Shown piece after piece: positions 37,433 through 49,633 of a stretch of 64,000 nucleotides of DNA. Source of the DNA: Octopus sinensis (Eukaryota); assembly GCF_006345805.1 (NCBI RefSeq), contig NC_043024.1:4898001-4962000 (forward strand). Direction: 5' to 3'. A program made the position numbers and the translations under genes. The notes under the pieces are model-generated. The model searched no databases and was not told the DNA's origin. It saw only the letters and a list, made by a program, of their open reading frames with translations. How positions within the stretch are numbered: position 1 is the first letter of the stretch; each line of letters starts with the position of its first letter.

Positions 37433-38161
37433 TATCTTATATTAAACTTTTAATACTTTTTGATAGTCATATAATAAAAAATAATAATAAATAAATAAAA
37501 AATAAAATAATAATAATATATATATATATATATATATATTAAAATTTATAAGTTTAAATAATTTAAATATTTTAATTTGGAATTTTATATTTTATATTAT
37601 TTATATATTTTTTTAATTAATTTCATTTCTATGTATTGGCTTATTTATATTTGTTCATATCCTCTTATACATATTGTACTTATTTTATCATATTACTCCT
37701 TCATGTACACTGTTTTGTTCTATATTATTATGTTTGACCTTAATGTTCTTATGTAGTATGTCATTGGGTATTATCTGGTAGTTGATAATTGATTTAGATG
37801 TATTTCTCCATTTTCTTATTTTGTATATATATATATATATCGTCTGGCACCTGTGTCGGTGACACATAACAAAACACCATCCGAGCGTGGCCGTCTGCCA
37901 GCCTCGTCTGGCACCTGTGTCGGTGGCACATAAAAAACACCATCCGAGCGTGGCCGTCTGACAGCCTCGTCTGGCACCTGTGTCGGTGGCACATAAAATC
38001 ACCTACTACACTCTCGGAGTGGTTGGCGTTAGGAAGGGCATCCAGCTGTAGAAACACTGCCAGATCTGACTGGCCTGGTGCAGCCTTCGCACTTGCCAGA
38101 CACCAGTTGAACCGTCCAACCCATGCTAGCATGGAAAGCGGACGTTAAACGATGATGATGA

Positions 38162-38207
<46 letters not shown>

Positions 38208-39764
38208 GTATATATATACGGTTAGCTGAATGGTATTATTTTGTTGAGCATAAAAGATGAATAAATGTCAGTAAATAATATTGATGTCTCACTAACAGCA
38301 TCAAAATCCTGGGGAATTTTTGATGTAGGAAAAATTATTGGTTGATGTGGAGAATGAAAGCCAGATTCCTCCAAAGAGTTTGGCGCGTCCTGAAGAAGGC
38401 AATGTGCTGTTGAAATGGCCGCCACGTTCACCTGAGCTGACACCTTGCCATTTCTTTCTCAGGGAGGGCCTAGTCTATGTCTCCCCTCTTCCTGCAAGCC
38501 CAGAGGAACTTAAGCAGAGAATTATTACCATACTGGTCGTGAGATGTGCGAAAAATAACAGCTAAATAGCTCATAAATCACAGTTGATTTTTTTCTTTTT
38601 TTCGGTGCATGACCGAACGAATTCTCGAACGCAAAAATTTCTGAAAATTCCCCCAAAAAATATGTGACGAGGGATTATATTAGGTGCTTAAAGCAGCACT
38701 CCACACACACAAAAATTAAATAAATTAGAAAAACATATTAATTCTAACTTTTAATGATGCAGAAGAACCACCAGAAATAAAGACTTCCTATCTCTCAAAT
38801 AAAAGCCGATCCATTTTCTCTCGATACGATATTTGCTTTTCGTTTCATTATTTCAAGTGCACACTCGCATTTTTATACATTCCCCATTTCTTACTAATTA
38901 CATCGTAATTTTCCCGCATTTAACGAAATTGTCAAATTTACACGTTAGAAAGAAAGATAAATGTTATCTAAACAAGGGATTGATCCGACGTTTTTACAAA
39001 AATTTAGAAAATAACCAAACGTGCAATGAAATGTCTAAAAGAAAACGACAACACAATGAAAGTATTAAAATTACAGCCTTTCGTATAATTTCGTCTTAGG
39101 GAGATTTTTTTATTTTTAACTTTCTCAACACATCGAAACAAATAAATGTACATAATACGACACATATATAATAGAAATGTTTAAATAAATACTTACATAG
39201 TAATAGATATGGAGAGAAAGAGTGAAGGAGGAAGATGTGAGAACTGGAGTCAGAGTGGACAACGACAGCTTCAAGAGAATTTCTAGGTTTCTACAACAAA
39301 CGTTAATTAATATTTTTCAGGTCCACATAATCGAAAATGCTGTATCTGTTTCTTTAGACAGTTAATTACCAATCATTTGTATATATTTGATTGGGTTTTC
39401 TCTTAAATATCAGTTTGAAAGTGAAAGTGATCAAACAATCAAGGTGCGTGAGAAACAGGAGCAAGAAATAAAGAAAATTAGGAAGAGTTAACAAAGGGAA
39501 CTAACTCCAATTTCTTTATTATGATTATACAATCGTTACATAGAAGGACAAATACAGGACATACATGCAAAAAACAGTTAAGAGGTTCGATTAAAAATTT
39601 TCCATAACATTTGGATTATTCATTATAAAAATTCGTCTGTAAATTGTCCTTTACATGACCAATAGAATATTATAACATTACATAAACTTTCGATCTTTCC
39701 GAAGTTTTAAACCCCGGCAATTTATAAGGCCCCGCAGCTTTTGTTTCCTCTCCTCCCTCCATAG

Positions 39765-42700
39765 TTAAGCTGGGTTTCTGACACCCACCTTTTTTTCCAC
39801 TTCCTTCCATCTTTTCTCATACACACCCCGTGGTAAGATCCTCTTTTCCAGCCCCATTTTGCTCTTCAGATGATATCTGAAGTAAGTGAGCAAGCCGGGG
39901 CCCGAGACAAAGGATCCTATCGCGACTCCTTCCATTCTTGTTCGCCACATGCATTCTTTTACTACTGCAACCGTGCAGTGAAAACATGCCTCACCTTCCT
40001 TCGAGAGTCCAGTTGGCGGTATCATCTTAATCATAGACTCAGCCGACAGCTGTACTCGTCCCAGATGCGATAACACGTGTTCTGCGTAACTTATCAAGTC
40101 GGACAACTTCCGACAGTGTACAAAAGCGTGCTGGACGGTTTCATCGTCCAACTCGCACCTTGGACACGTCGGTGGCACTGAAATTCCGTGCCGCGATAAC
40201 TTCTCGCGAACAGGTAAAGCATTCCTATAGCACTGCCAGGTCAGGGATCTTTGGAAATTATCCAAGTACCCCGTCCTGAAAGTCTTTTTAAACAGGTTGG
40301 TAAGCTGGTCTTCGTCAAACCCCAGAGCCCCTCCTAGGACGTCGTCGTTCTTTGCCTCTACCAGCCTTCTATAAAATACCGAGGTGGTATTTCCGCAGCC
40401 GGCCTTGCCCGCCTTGTGGATCAGCGTGAGTGCCTGTCGGCACTCCTTTTGCCATAAAGTCAGTTTCCATCTTTTGATGCGACCGGGTTTAAAATTCACT
40501 AAGGAGGCCGGTCTCGGGAAAAATTCCCCTGCCAGCGGACTCCACACCTTATCACCCTCCAGGTGGTGCCAGAGATGCTTCAGCCTCAACGCATGTCTGC
40601 GCATCATCAACCAAGGCATTCCTAACCCACCCTTTAACGGTTCCTGGCAGCAAACGGAGCGCCTCACAAGTGGCTTTCCTCCCTTCTACAAAAAGCGGAA
40701 AAGGATTCGCTCCAACTTGCTAAGCCATGAATCGGGGCAAGGGACAACGGTCAAGCGGTAAGTGATTACAGATGCAATGAACATCTGTACCACCTCCACC
40801 CTTCCTTTCAAGGACAGAAACCTTCCGGACCAGGTCCGTAATATGGCCTCCACCTTGCTCGTCACCTCACTCCAGTTCCTCTCCGTTTGGGAGTCTGGCC
40901 CAAACCAAACTCCTAGCAACTTAACAGGGCCATCCGTCCAGTGTCCCACGACACTGGACGATATCGACTTGCTCCTCCAGGTGCCGAGGCGCAAGCCAAC
41001 CGACTTGTCCTTGTTAACCTTTGCTCCTGCCACCGCCTCGTATCCTCTGATAGCCTCTTCCACACAAGGTAGCTGGGCCTCATTGGACACGATGAGGGTG
41101 ACGTCATCCGCATAAGCAGTAACCGTCCTCCCACCTCCGATCTCATCCGAGTTACTTCCCAGCCTCTCCAACTTTCGCAGCAATGGCTCAAGAGCCAACA
41201 CGTACAAAAGTGGTGACAAGGGGCACCCTTGACGAACTGAACATTCGATCGAAAACGGTTCCGTTAGGTAACTGTTTATCTGGACGGTGGACTTGATGCC
41301 GCTATACATAGCGGAGATCCACCCGCGAAATTCAGGGCCCAGTCCAGCCGCTTCGAGGACCGTCGCCAGGTACTCATGGTCTACCCTATCGAACGCTTTA
41401 CTTTGGTCTAAATGGACCATTACCCCGCCCTTGCCGGTTAATTTACCCACCCTATCTAAGGTGTAGCGTATAAGGTGAAGATTGTCCTGGATCGACCTGC
41501 CTGGAATTGCACATGTCTGTGCTCTCCCTACAAGTTTCTCCACGACAACCGTCAACCTTTTTGCCAACACCTTGGCCAAAATCTTTAACTCTACATTAAG
41601 TAGAGTTATGGGCCTGTAGTTACTAATGTTATCCCCCTTGCTCGGGTCTTTCTGGATTAGCGTCACCACTCCCTGGCTTACAGAACTGGGAATTCTCCCA
41701 TTCTGCTGCCAGTTCGTGTAGACGCCTGCCAATATTCCCCCAAACAAGTCCGGCATACTTTGGTAAAACTCGTAGGGCAGACCATCCAACCCCGGCGACT
41801 TCTCCCCGGCGCATCCGGCCAGTATCCCCTCTATCTCCGCGGGAGTGATCGCTTCTTCACAGCACTCCACCTCACGCCCCGAGAGCCGCGGTCCGCCGGC
41901 CAGGAAGTCCTTTAAGGTCCTCCCCCGCTCCGGCGCCACACCACCCCCGAACACGCGGGCGAAATGCTGGTGAAGAAACTTTTGCATCTCCTCCTGTCCA
42001 TAGATCTTTTGTCCCTGTTCGTCAGTTAAAGACTTGATTGAGGCTTTGTTACCTCTCTGACTCTCCACTCGACGGGCCCATCCGGCAACGTTAATACCTT
42101 CTCGTTTCCCAGCGCGTAGCTTAGCTCTGACTCTGCAACCTTCGTGTTTGGAGTTAAGGTGACGGTACAATACCGTCCTTGCCGCCATCACTCCGGATGC
42201 AGAGCCAGCTTCCATTGCCTCGTTTAAATTCTTAACTAAATCGTCCTCTATCCTAGACCTATCTAACCTTAGCTGATTGCTAAATCTAATGGACTCTGAA
42301 CGAATGGCTCTTTTGAGGGAGTGCCACCATCTATTGTTAATGATGGTGCCACACAATGCCCTCTGTACTAACACCTTAATCCGGGTACGGAAGTCTTCAC
42401 AATTCAAAATAGCCTTGTTCAGCTTCCAGTACCCGGGTCCCTGTCTATGACACTTGTCTAATTGCATCCTACACGTCACAAATTTGTGATCCGTGTAAGG
42501 CACAATGTGAAACTGTGGACAACTAAACGTATCCTTATCTCTTTTCTTAATAAATATCCTATCTAAATACGATCTGTGTGAGCCGTCGTTGTTACTCCAC
42601 GTCCACTGTGGAACGCTCGGCTCATCCAGTCGGTAACGGTCCACTAGATCAAAGCTCTCTAGTAGACCCTTGAGGCTAGGGTTCCCCTTCCTATTGGTTG

Positions 42701-43153
42701 AGCCAACACTGTCGACCGCGCTTCAAGGACAGTGTTAAAGTCCCCTACTAGGATTACCGTTTTCGACGTCGCTAAAAAGGGCTCCAGGTTCCGAAAAAAA
42801 CCCGTCTGTCTACCCTCGTTCGGAGCGTAGACAGCTACCAACCTGAAGGACTGTTTACTTACGTGGGTCACATCCAGAACAACCAGCCTGCCTTCTGGGT
42901 CCAGAAAGACAGTACTTACCTGCAAGTCCAAGCTCTTCCTGATAAGGACTGCCACGCCTCTGCCTCTTCCTCGGCTAGGAGAAATAAATTTCTCGAACCC
43001 ATTTAGAAGAGGCGAGAACGCTTGGGCCTCGTTCATCTTGGACTCGGTTGCAATAGCTATGTCTACTCCATGTGTCGTGAGGTCGTTCAGGAAACAAATT
43101 TGTTTCCATTTCGTCCCCATTCCACGTACATTCACACAACCCAGCTTAGCCAT
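39765..43153 (-). pseudogene. Tx1 ORF2 (EN + RT + C-terminal Cys/His domain), one frameshift and one TAG
   Basis: NVRG, VYAPN, GDFN, SYLDRIF and TDH (EN); PGLDGLP, YRPITLLN, DQSKAFD, RQGCPLSP and YADD (RT); CPRCELDDETVQHAFVHC at the C-terminus. Confidence 0.9.
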
Positions 43154-43180
43154 TGTCGGTGAGAGAAAAAATAAATGAAC

Positions 43181-44609
43181 TTACGGTTGAGAAAGGGAGC
43201 ATGACAGTTTAAATCTGCCCGCTTCCCCTTCTTCCATCCTTGTGGTCGTAGCTGCAGGGCTCTTAACCGGCGTTGCCACCGGGCTCTGGGTAGGTGTGGT
43301 TGCCGGGGTTATAACAAGTTTACCCTCCAGTACTTCTTTTGTTACATCTCTAATCAGTCTATTCTTTAGATGTTCTTGTAGTATTTCCTCCTTCCACTCG
43401 TCTTCCTTTATTTTTGCGAAGCGAGTGGTTGCTTTTATGTCTGTAGCCTTGCTAAATAGTTTAAATTTTGAAAATTTATAGTATTTATATACCCTTTCGT
43501 TTTTTTCATCAAAAGCAATGATCTTATCATTTTTTTTTAAAGACTTTTTCACATCCTGTTTAATGGGGAGGGGCTTGGCGAACTGTTTCCCAATGAATAC
43601 AGTGCCATGGGGGTAGGGCTGGGGAATTTGCTTTGTGTGTATGTCTGCGGTGCTTGCTGATTTTTTCCTTGTTTGGGGAGGGGAGTCCAGGGTGTTGTCT
43701 TTTTTTCTTTTGTGTGTCACCTGTGTGTAATCCATTTGTTCGGTACAATCCGTTTCTGTTTCTTTGCTTGTCGTCGTCTTGTTATCTTTTTCCGCCTTCT
43801 CCCCTTCAGTGTTAGAAGCACTTTGAGGAGGGGCTTCGTTGGTTTTCTTTTTTTTTAAGCAGTTCGAGCGGACGTGACCCTTCTCGCCACATTTAAAACA
43901 CCTAGGTCTGCGCCCCTCCACTGACACTCTCATGGACGTTCCATCTTCGTTAAATATCCTATCGGGCAGGTTCTCCAATATCTTGTTTTCTGCCTGAACG
44001 AGGAGTTCCAGCGTCTGTCCCTTCCAGCGTACCTCCTCTTTCCTTCTCATCTGCAGAATCGAAATTTCCCGCTCTACATTGTGCAGGACCGCCGCTGCTA
44101 CCCACATATATCATACCCTCTCGGTATGTCCTCTACCAGCAGTTTAGCTGTTCTTTTTCCCATATACGAGGGTAGCAGCATGATATCATCATTTTTCAGG
44201 GTCAATGATGACACCTCTCTTGCTACCTCAGCCGAGTCAAAATGTGCTTCCACAGTAGCGCTGCAAGCACCTCGAACGACATGGCGAATTTGTCCCACAC
44301 CGGGGACAAGCACTTTTAGACTATTTCGTTCTGACGTCCATAATTTTTTTTCTTTGTAGCTATACACTTTGTATATAACTGTTTTTCCTTTATTTCTTGT
44401 ACCTTCGCTTGCGGCGGTACAAGTTTGATTTCGTTTCCTTCCATTTTCACCAAGTTCCTAAATTCGAATAGTTGTTCGATCTTGAATTCAACGTCCATCA
44501 TGGTTCCGCCTACCGCGGCCGAAAAAGACTGTTTTGTTACTTCAGTGTCCTTTAATTCACTTGTTCCCATCGCGGGAAAATCATTCTTCGACGCCAAGTC
44601 AAAATCCAT
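43181..44609 (-). pseudogene. Tx1 ORF1 (gag-like, CCHC knuckle), two frameshifts
   Basis: CFKCGEKGHVRSNC knuckle. The ORF is in three pieces: 44609-44316, 44367-44098 and 44107-43181. Confidence 0.78.
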
Positions 44610-47006
44610 TTCTCAAAAATGTTTCAAAACTTACCTCGAAGGTAATAACAATTTTAAACACAGAATTTTCTGCCCCGTAGGGCGAAAATTACCGTTACAC
44701 AACGGGCACTGTTCAATTAACAATTAACACAAACAACGATGAGCAAAAAGAAATCGAACTCTCTCGACAAAAGGCAGCAAATTTCTCAAAACGCAGATGA
44801 AAGATCACGGGGAACTAACTCTATTCTTTTAAGAATTTCGGCTTTACTTTATAGATTTGATATGTTTTGAAAGCGTTTCTTTGAAAATTCTTCCTCATAA
44901 ATCACTATTATTGTGGGTACTACTTATATAAAGATGGCACTGACATGTGAAAAGAGCCCTTTCTTTCCTGTACCAGAGCAGCCACCTGAGGAGGCCACTC
45001 TGGTCTGTCAATAAAAGTCGGGTCTATTAGTCCCCGACTGTCAAGGACATTTTCCACATAATTATCAATGGCCCCTCCCTTGCAATAGAACACAAATTTT
45101 TCCACTCATTCATCGTGAGGGGCCTCAACTCCCTCGCTCGGTGGCACACATCCCACCGACGAGGTTTCTTTCTTCTCCCCCTCTGGTGGCACACATCCCA
45201 ACAAAGGGGTCTCGGGGCGCACCACCGCTGGCGATGCCGTGTTTTTCTTTTTTTCCCCTTCTTCACAGCAAGCAGGTGGGGTTCCTCCAGCTTGTCCGTA
45301 GATCCCTCCTGCCACCTCGTGATCCATACAGCCACTCGAATCCCTGGATATTTCATGAAATTAATAGCAAACCTATTCGGTTATTTCTGAAAACTTTATC
45401 TAAAACCTCGAAAGTGTAGCCTGTGTTGTGTCTGTATCAAAAGATAGTCACCCATCTATTATTCATTGAAATGTGAAGGAAATTGGAATGTAATAATGAC
45501 TCAATGCACTTCATATAGCTTATATATTTTATGCACAATTTTATAGACTTAATACACAGCACTCATAAAATAAATATTCACTCTTATTTTTCTATTTTGA
45601 CCATAAACAGATAATATTACATTTTGAAATTGAAATGGTCTGATTTTTCATCCAGAAACAAAAGTTGTATAGTAAAATATAGGAGTCACAATTTTTTGTG
45701 AGTAAAAAATTAAAGGAACATGGCATACACTGAAAACCACATCATTGGTAACTTATAAGCCAAGGTGATGGGTCAGAGTTAATACAAATTTCAATTTGTA
45801 GGTGATACCACCACCATCATCTCTCTCTCTCCATCTTTCTTTAATCTTACCATCACAACATCACCAATCCGCTAAAATTATATTTTCAATTCTCCTCTAC
45901 ACAATGAGCTTCAACTGACTTTTATAAGCATAAACTAATTACTACATTCCCCTCATCACACATCATACAGGCTTAATTCTCAGTCATTTCTCTCCTTCTT
46001 TTTCTTTAGTCACATCAACAGTGTTACTGACAGGTTAAGTAACATAATGACCAGCAGAATTAGTATAAGATCACCTTTCTCTACATCTTCCCCCCATTTC
46101 TTCAATCCTCCCTCTCTCCCACGCTTATTCCACTATTCTGGTCAGCAGGGAAAACATGATGATAAGTGTGTAACAACTGAGCAAACAAGCTCTTTATTAT
46201 ATATACATCTGTGTGTGTGTGTGTGTATTATTTTTGTGGGAGGGTTGGATATTATTTGCAGAGTAATTTCATATTAAATGAGGAGACCAGAGAAAAGTTT
46301 GATATTATTTATTCAACATTACATGTGTTTCATTTCCTAATAGGAATTACAAATATTTAGATGTTAATTAAAAATGTAAAAGATTTCCTATAAGAAATTC
46401 TTCAGACATACATCTGTGTGTGTGTGTACCCTTGCCCAGATATTATGTGGTGTTCGTAAATGGCCATCATGACCGTCATAATTGTGCAGTTGTTCATTTC
46501 CAGTCTTCTGTGTAAAATAAGTCTCACCAGGGAAAATATTCCTTGCTTGGAAACAGGTGAGGATTGGACACAAGAAAGGTACCCAGATGTAGAAAATCTC
46601 CATCAATGAATTCCATCTGATCCACAGAAGCATGAATAGGAGAATGTCAAATGATGAGGATCATCATCATTGTGGTTCCTCTTCTGTATGAATGCATTTA
46701 CATTTCAATAATTGATCTATTTTCATCGATTGATTTAGCATGAATAGCTTAGGTTACAGTTATATCTTTCATATTAATAGGACTGTGTACAAACAATTCA
46801 CCATTTTGAAAGAATGATTCAGGTTTAACATCACAGTGATAGGTTTTCCTTCCTCTGTCAATGCTCTCTTGATTCAATGATGGATGATTTCATGTCAAAG
46901 ATTTACTATAGATGTCACATTCATATAGTTTCTATCATGTGTTGAGTTCTTTATAAGGTCCAAGCTTGTCCTTCTGAGGGAATGTTATACAAGAATAGTC
47001 ACTGTG

Positions 47007-47288
47007 CTATGGATCCTTTGCATAATGAATACACTTGTGTCTAATTAAGTGATGTTTTTGTGTGAATGATTTACTGCAGATATCACAACAATATGGTTTA
47101 AGCCCAGTATGAGTAAGTACGTGTGTACTTAAGATACCCTTTTTAGAAAAAGACTTGCCACAGATATCGCAGTGATATGGTTGCTCACCTGTATGAATAC
47201 ATATGTGTGTAGTTAAATTGCTACCAGTGGAGAATGATTTACCACAGATGTCACAATCATATGATGATTTAGAGGCTTCTTCCGACAT
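47007..47288 (-). CDS. Short divergent C2H2 ZNF ORF, 3 fingers (unit 4b)
   Basis: 93-aa ORF starting [15 protein letters not shown], followed by the family's 3' UTR. Confidence 0.65.
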   Translation of the reverse strand: MSEEASKSSYDCDICGKSFSTGSNLTTHICIHTGEQPYHCDICGKSFSKKGILSTHVLTHTGLKPYCCDICSKSFTQKHHLIRHKCIHYAKDP

Positions 47289-47396
47289 CTTTTCAGGAAA
47301 AATATAATCAATCCTTTATGTTTTACCTATCAATAGCCTTTCAAAAATATTTCTTCTCTCACCAAAATAAATTTTTGCTTTTATAGCTTTTATAGC

Positions 47397-47846
47397 TTAT
47401 TCCAAACAAATATCACTTCTCTTATATTTCTTCAAAATGTGATTATTGCCAATATTTAGAAATGTTGCAAATATTTTTGTAAATCCATCAAAGTATGTAT
47501 CAATACGTTTGTGTTTGGTTAAGCCACTGTTTTCAGTGAAAGATTTACCACAGATATCACAAGGAAATGGTTTCTCTCCTGTATGAATACGCTTGTGTTT
47601 AGTTAAGTTACAGTTTTCAGAGAAAGATTTACCACATATATCACAAGGAAATGGTTTCTCCCCAGTATGAATACGTTTGTGCCGAGTTAAGTGACTGCCA
47701 TTTAAGAATGATTTATCACAGATATCACAGTGATATGGTTTCTCCCCTGTATGAATTTGTTTGTGTTGATTAAATTTACTTTCTTCTAAGAATGACTCTT
47801 TGCAGATGTCACAGTCATATGATGGTTTTCCTAATTCTTCAGACAT
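47397..47846 (-). pseudogene. Truncated/chimeric C2H2 ZNF (unit 4a): 3 complete fingers, the 4th fused to paralogue 5' UTR
   Basis: ATG at 47846 (MSEELGKPS). After KHKRI the frame runs into sequence homologous to the 5' UTR at 2855-2950. Confidence 0.78.
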
Positions 47847-48639
47847 CTCTTCAAGAAAAATAAAATCAATCCTTAAAGTTTTACACGTCAATAACTTTTC
47901 ACAAATTTCTCTCCTCTCACTAAAATATATTTTTCTTCTTTTCGTTTTTATAGTTTATTCCAAACAAATATCGATTTTGTTAGATTTCTTCTTGCCAGTA
48001 TTTAAAAATGTTGCAAATACTCTTTGGAAATCCATCAAAGTATATTTAAAAGAGAAAATTATCTCTTGCACATTTAAGACACAGAAGTAAAGAAATGCTT
48101 TCTCTCTCAGAGGAAATATTTTACTGTAATTCAGCAATGTTTTATAGAAGCAGGATTATACGTTTGTAGAATATCTTTGCAGAGTCTTTCAAACATGATA
48201 CATATTGATGATTCTTTAAAAGTAAAAAATACTTTTTAGCCAATTTCATGTGATTTTCTGAAAGAATAGAAAAAAAATATAAGACATCAAGCATGTTTAA
48301 AAATATTCAAAAGATATTCAAAAGTGTAAATTTACAACATTTCTGTTTTCAAAGATTTTAGAAGTAATCCTCTATCTGAACTATTAAATTTATCCCATCT
48401 ATTTTCAAGAGGTTTATATCACAGACATATCTATCGTAATAACACCTCCTGGACATTGCGTCTGTCCTAGACACACACCAATATACATGTCAATGACAGT
48501 AGATATTTGATGGTTTCATCTCAGTCATGTGTCGTATTAACACAGCTTTGTTTGGTAACATAGACATCACTCCTCCTCTGCCTCATTCTGTACATTCGTA
48601 AATACACAAATACATAGATACGGGCAGCTTAATGTCAAA

Positions 48640-49170
48640 AGCCTTAAATTTGATTGAGTGATGGTGCAAAAAGCTGTACTATTGTCCATTAATAGCTCAT
48701 CTACAAGCCCCCATTCCAAACACACTGATTGCAGCACTTCTGCAGCATTACCACCCTGATTTCTCTCCATGACGCCATCCACCCTGGCCCACAATCCACC
48801 ATTGCAAGATGTACCTTTACCCAAGAATGTGTCGCATCAATGGATAACCTTTTGCTAATCCAACTTTTCAACGATTTGTTTACAACCCTTTGTTTTACCC
48901 TACAGCCCTTTATGATCCCAAATATCACTGCTTCCCTTTCATTTCTCTCTCCATCTGCCCCATCCCCTACCTACCCCCACATTCTGGTGACCCTTTTAAA
49001 GAGCTCTTTATCCCATTCGTTACGTAGGTCAGTCTTTGAAATCTACTGGTTTGCTTTTTTCATGCTCAACTTTGTTGCTTGCTCCAGGGCAGGTAATTTG
49101 CAAGACTTATTTATCTATGGTCCAAACCAGAAAACAAAAGAATGTTGTTTACCCAGAAGCTCTTAGATAA
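48640..49170 (-). mobile_element. Gypsy-type integrase fragment in the unit 4 intron
   Basis: HQNVG, LAMVDCGP and ELLMDNSTAF motifs across frameshifts. Confidence 0.65.
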
Positions 49171-49633
49171 TTTCCTTCAACATATGTCATAGAATTTCAC
49201 TCCTTTCATAAAAGTTGTAAATTTTGTTTTTTTGTTTTATTATTATTATTATTGTTATTTTCTTATGAATTCAGAATTGAATTCCCAATTAAAGAATGAA
49301 TTATATCCCAATTGAAGAATAAACTGAAATTACAGTAACACATTTCTTTGCAACATATTCTGCTTTATTTCTTCCAATATGTGAGGAAAAATTTCATTGC
49401 CAGTCAATGCTGGGTGCCTCTGCTGGTTCATTATATAATCTTACTCTTACATGTTGTTAATCATTATTCATGATTATTATTATAATTATTGAATTAAAAA
49501 ATGTTTTGTAATTTTATTTTTGGGTATATGAAACAATTGTAGGTGATGATATTAAATAATTCCTAAAATAATTTATATCCAATAGATGTCGCCATTTTCT
49601 AACTTATTGATAATACCTATAATGTATATATAT

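Larger units (their letters stand above)
39518..44809 (-). mobile_element. Full-length Tx1-like (L1 clade) non-LTR retrotransposon
   Basis: The TSD GGGAACTAACTC.A.TT.CTTT occurs at 39496-39517 and 44810-44830. The nick site reads TTTT/AA and AATAAA marks the 3' end. The host promoter sequence resumes on both sides. Confidence 0.88.

Noticed and set aside
36408-37690. Possible mitochondrial insertion (NUMT)
   Set aside because: No recognisable 12S/16S motifs, and TAA stops occur in the frames tried even under the invertebrate mitochondrial code. It is kept only as an unexplained insert.
40686-40688. TAG at a likely Trp codon of Tx1 ORF2, restorable by A-to-I editing
   Set aside because: The element also has frameshifts in ORF1 and the endonuclease, so ordinary decay explains it.
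44915-45400. GC-richer segment with short ORFs after the Tx1 flank
   Set aside because: Probably a retroelement fragment (weak xxVGD endonuclease-like motif), but no diagnostic motif allows a call.
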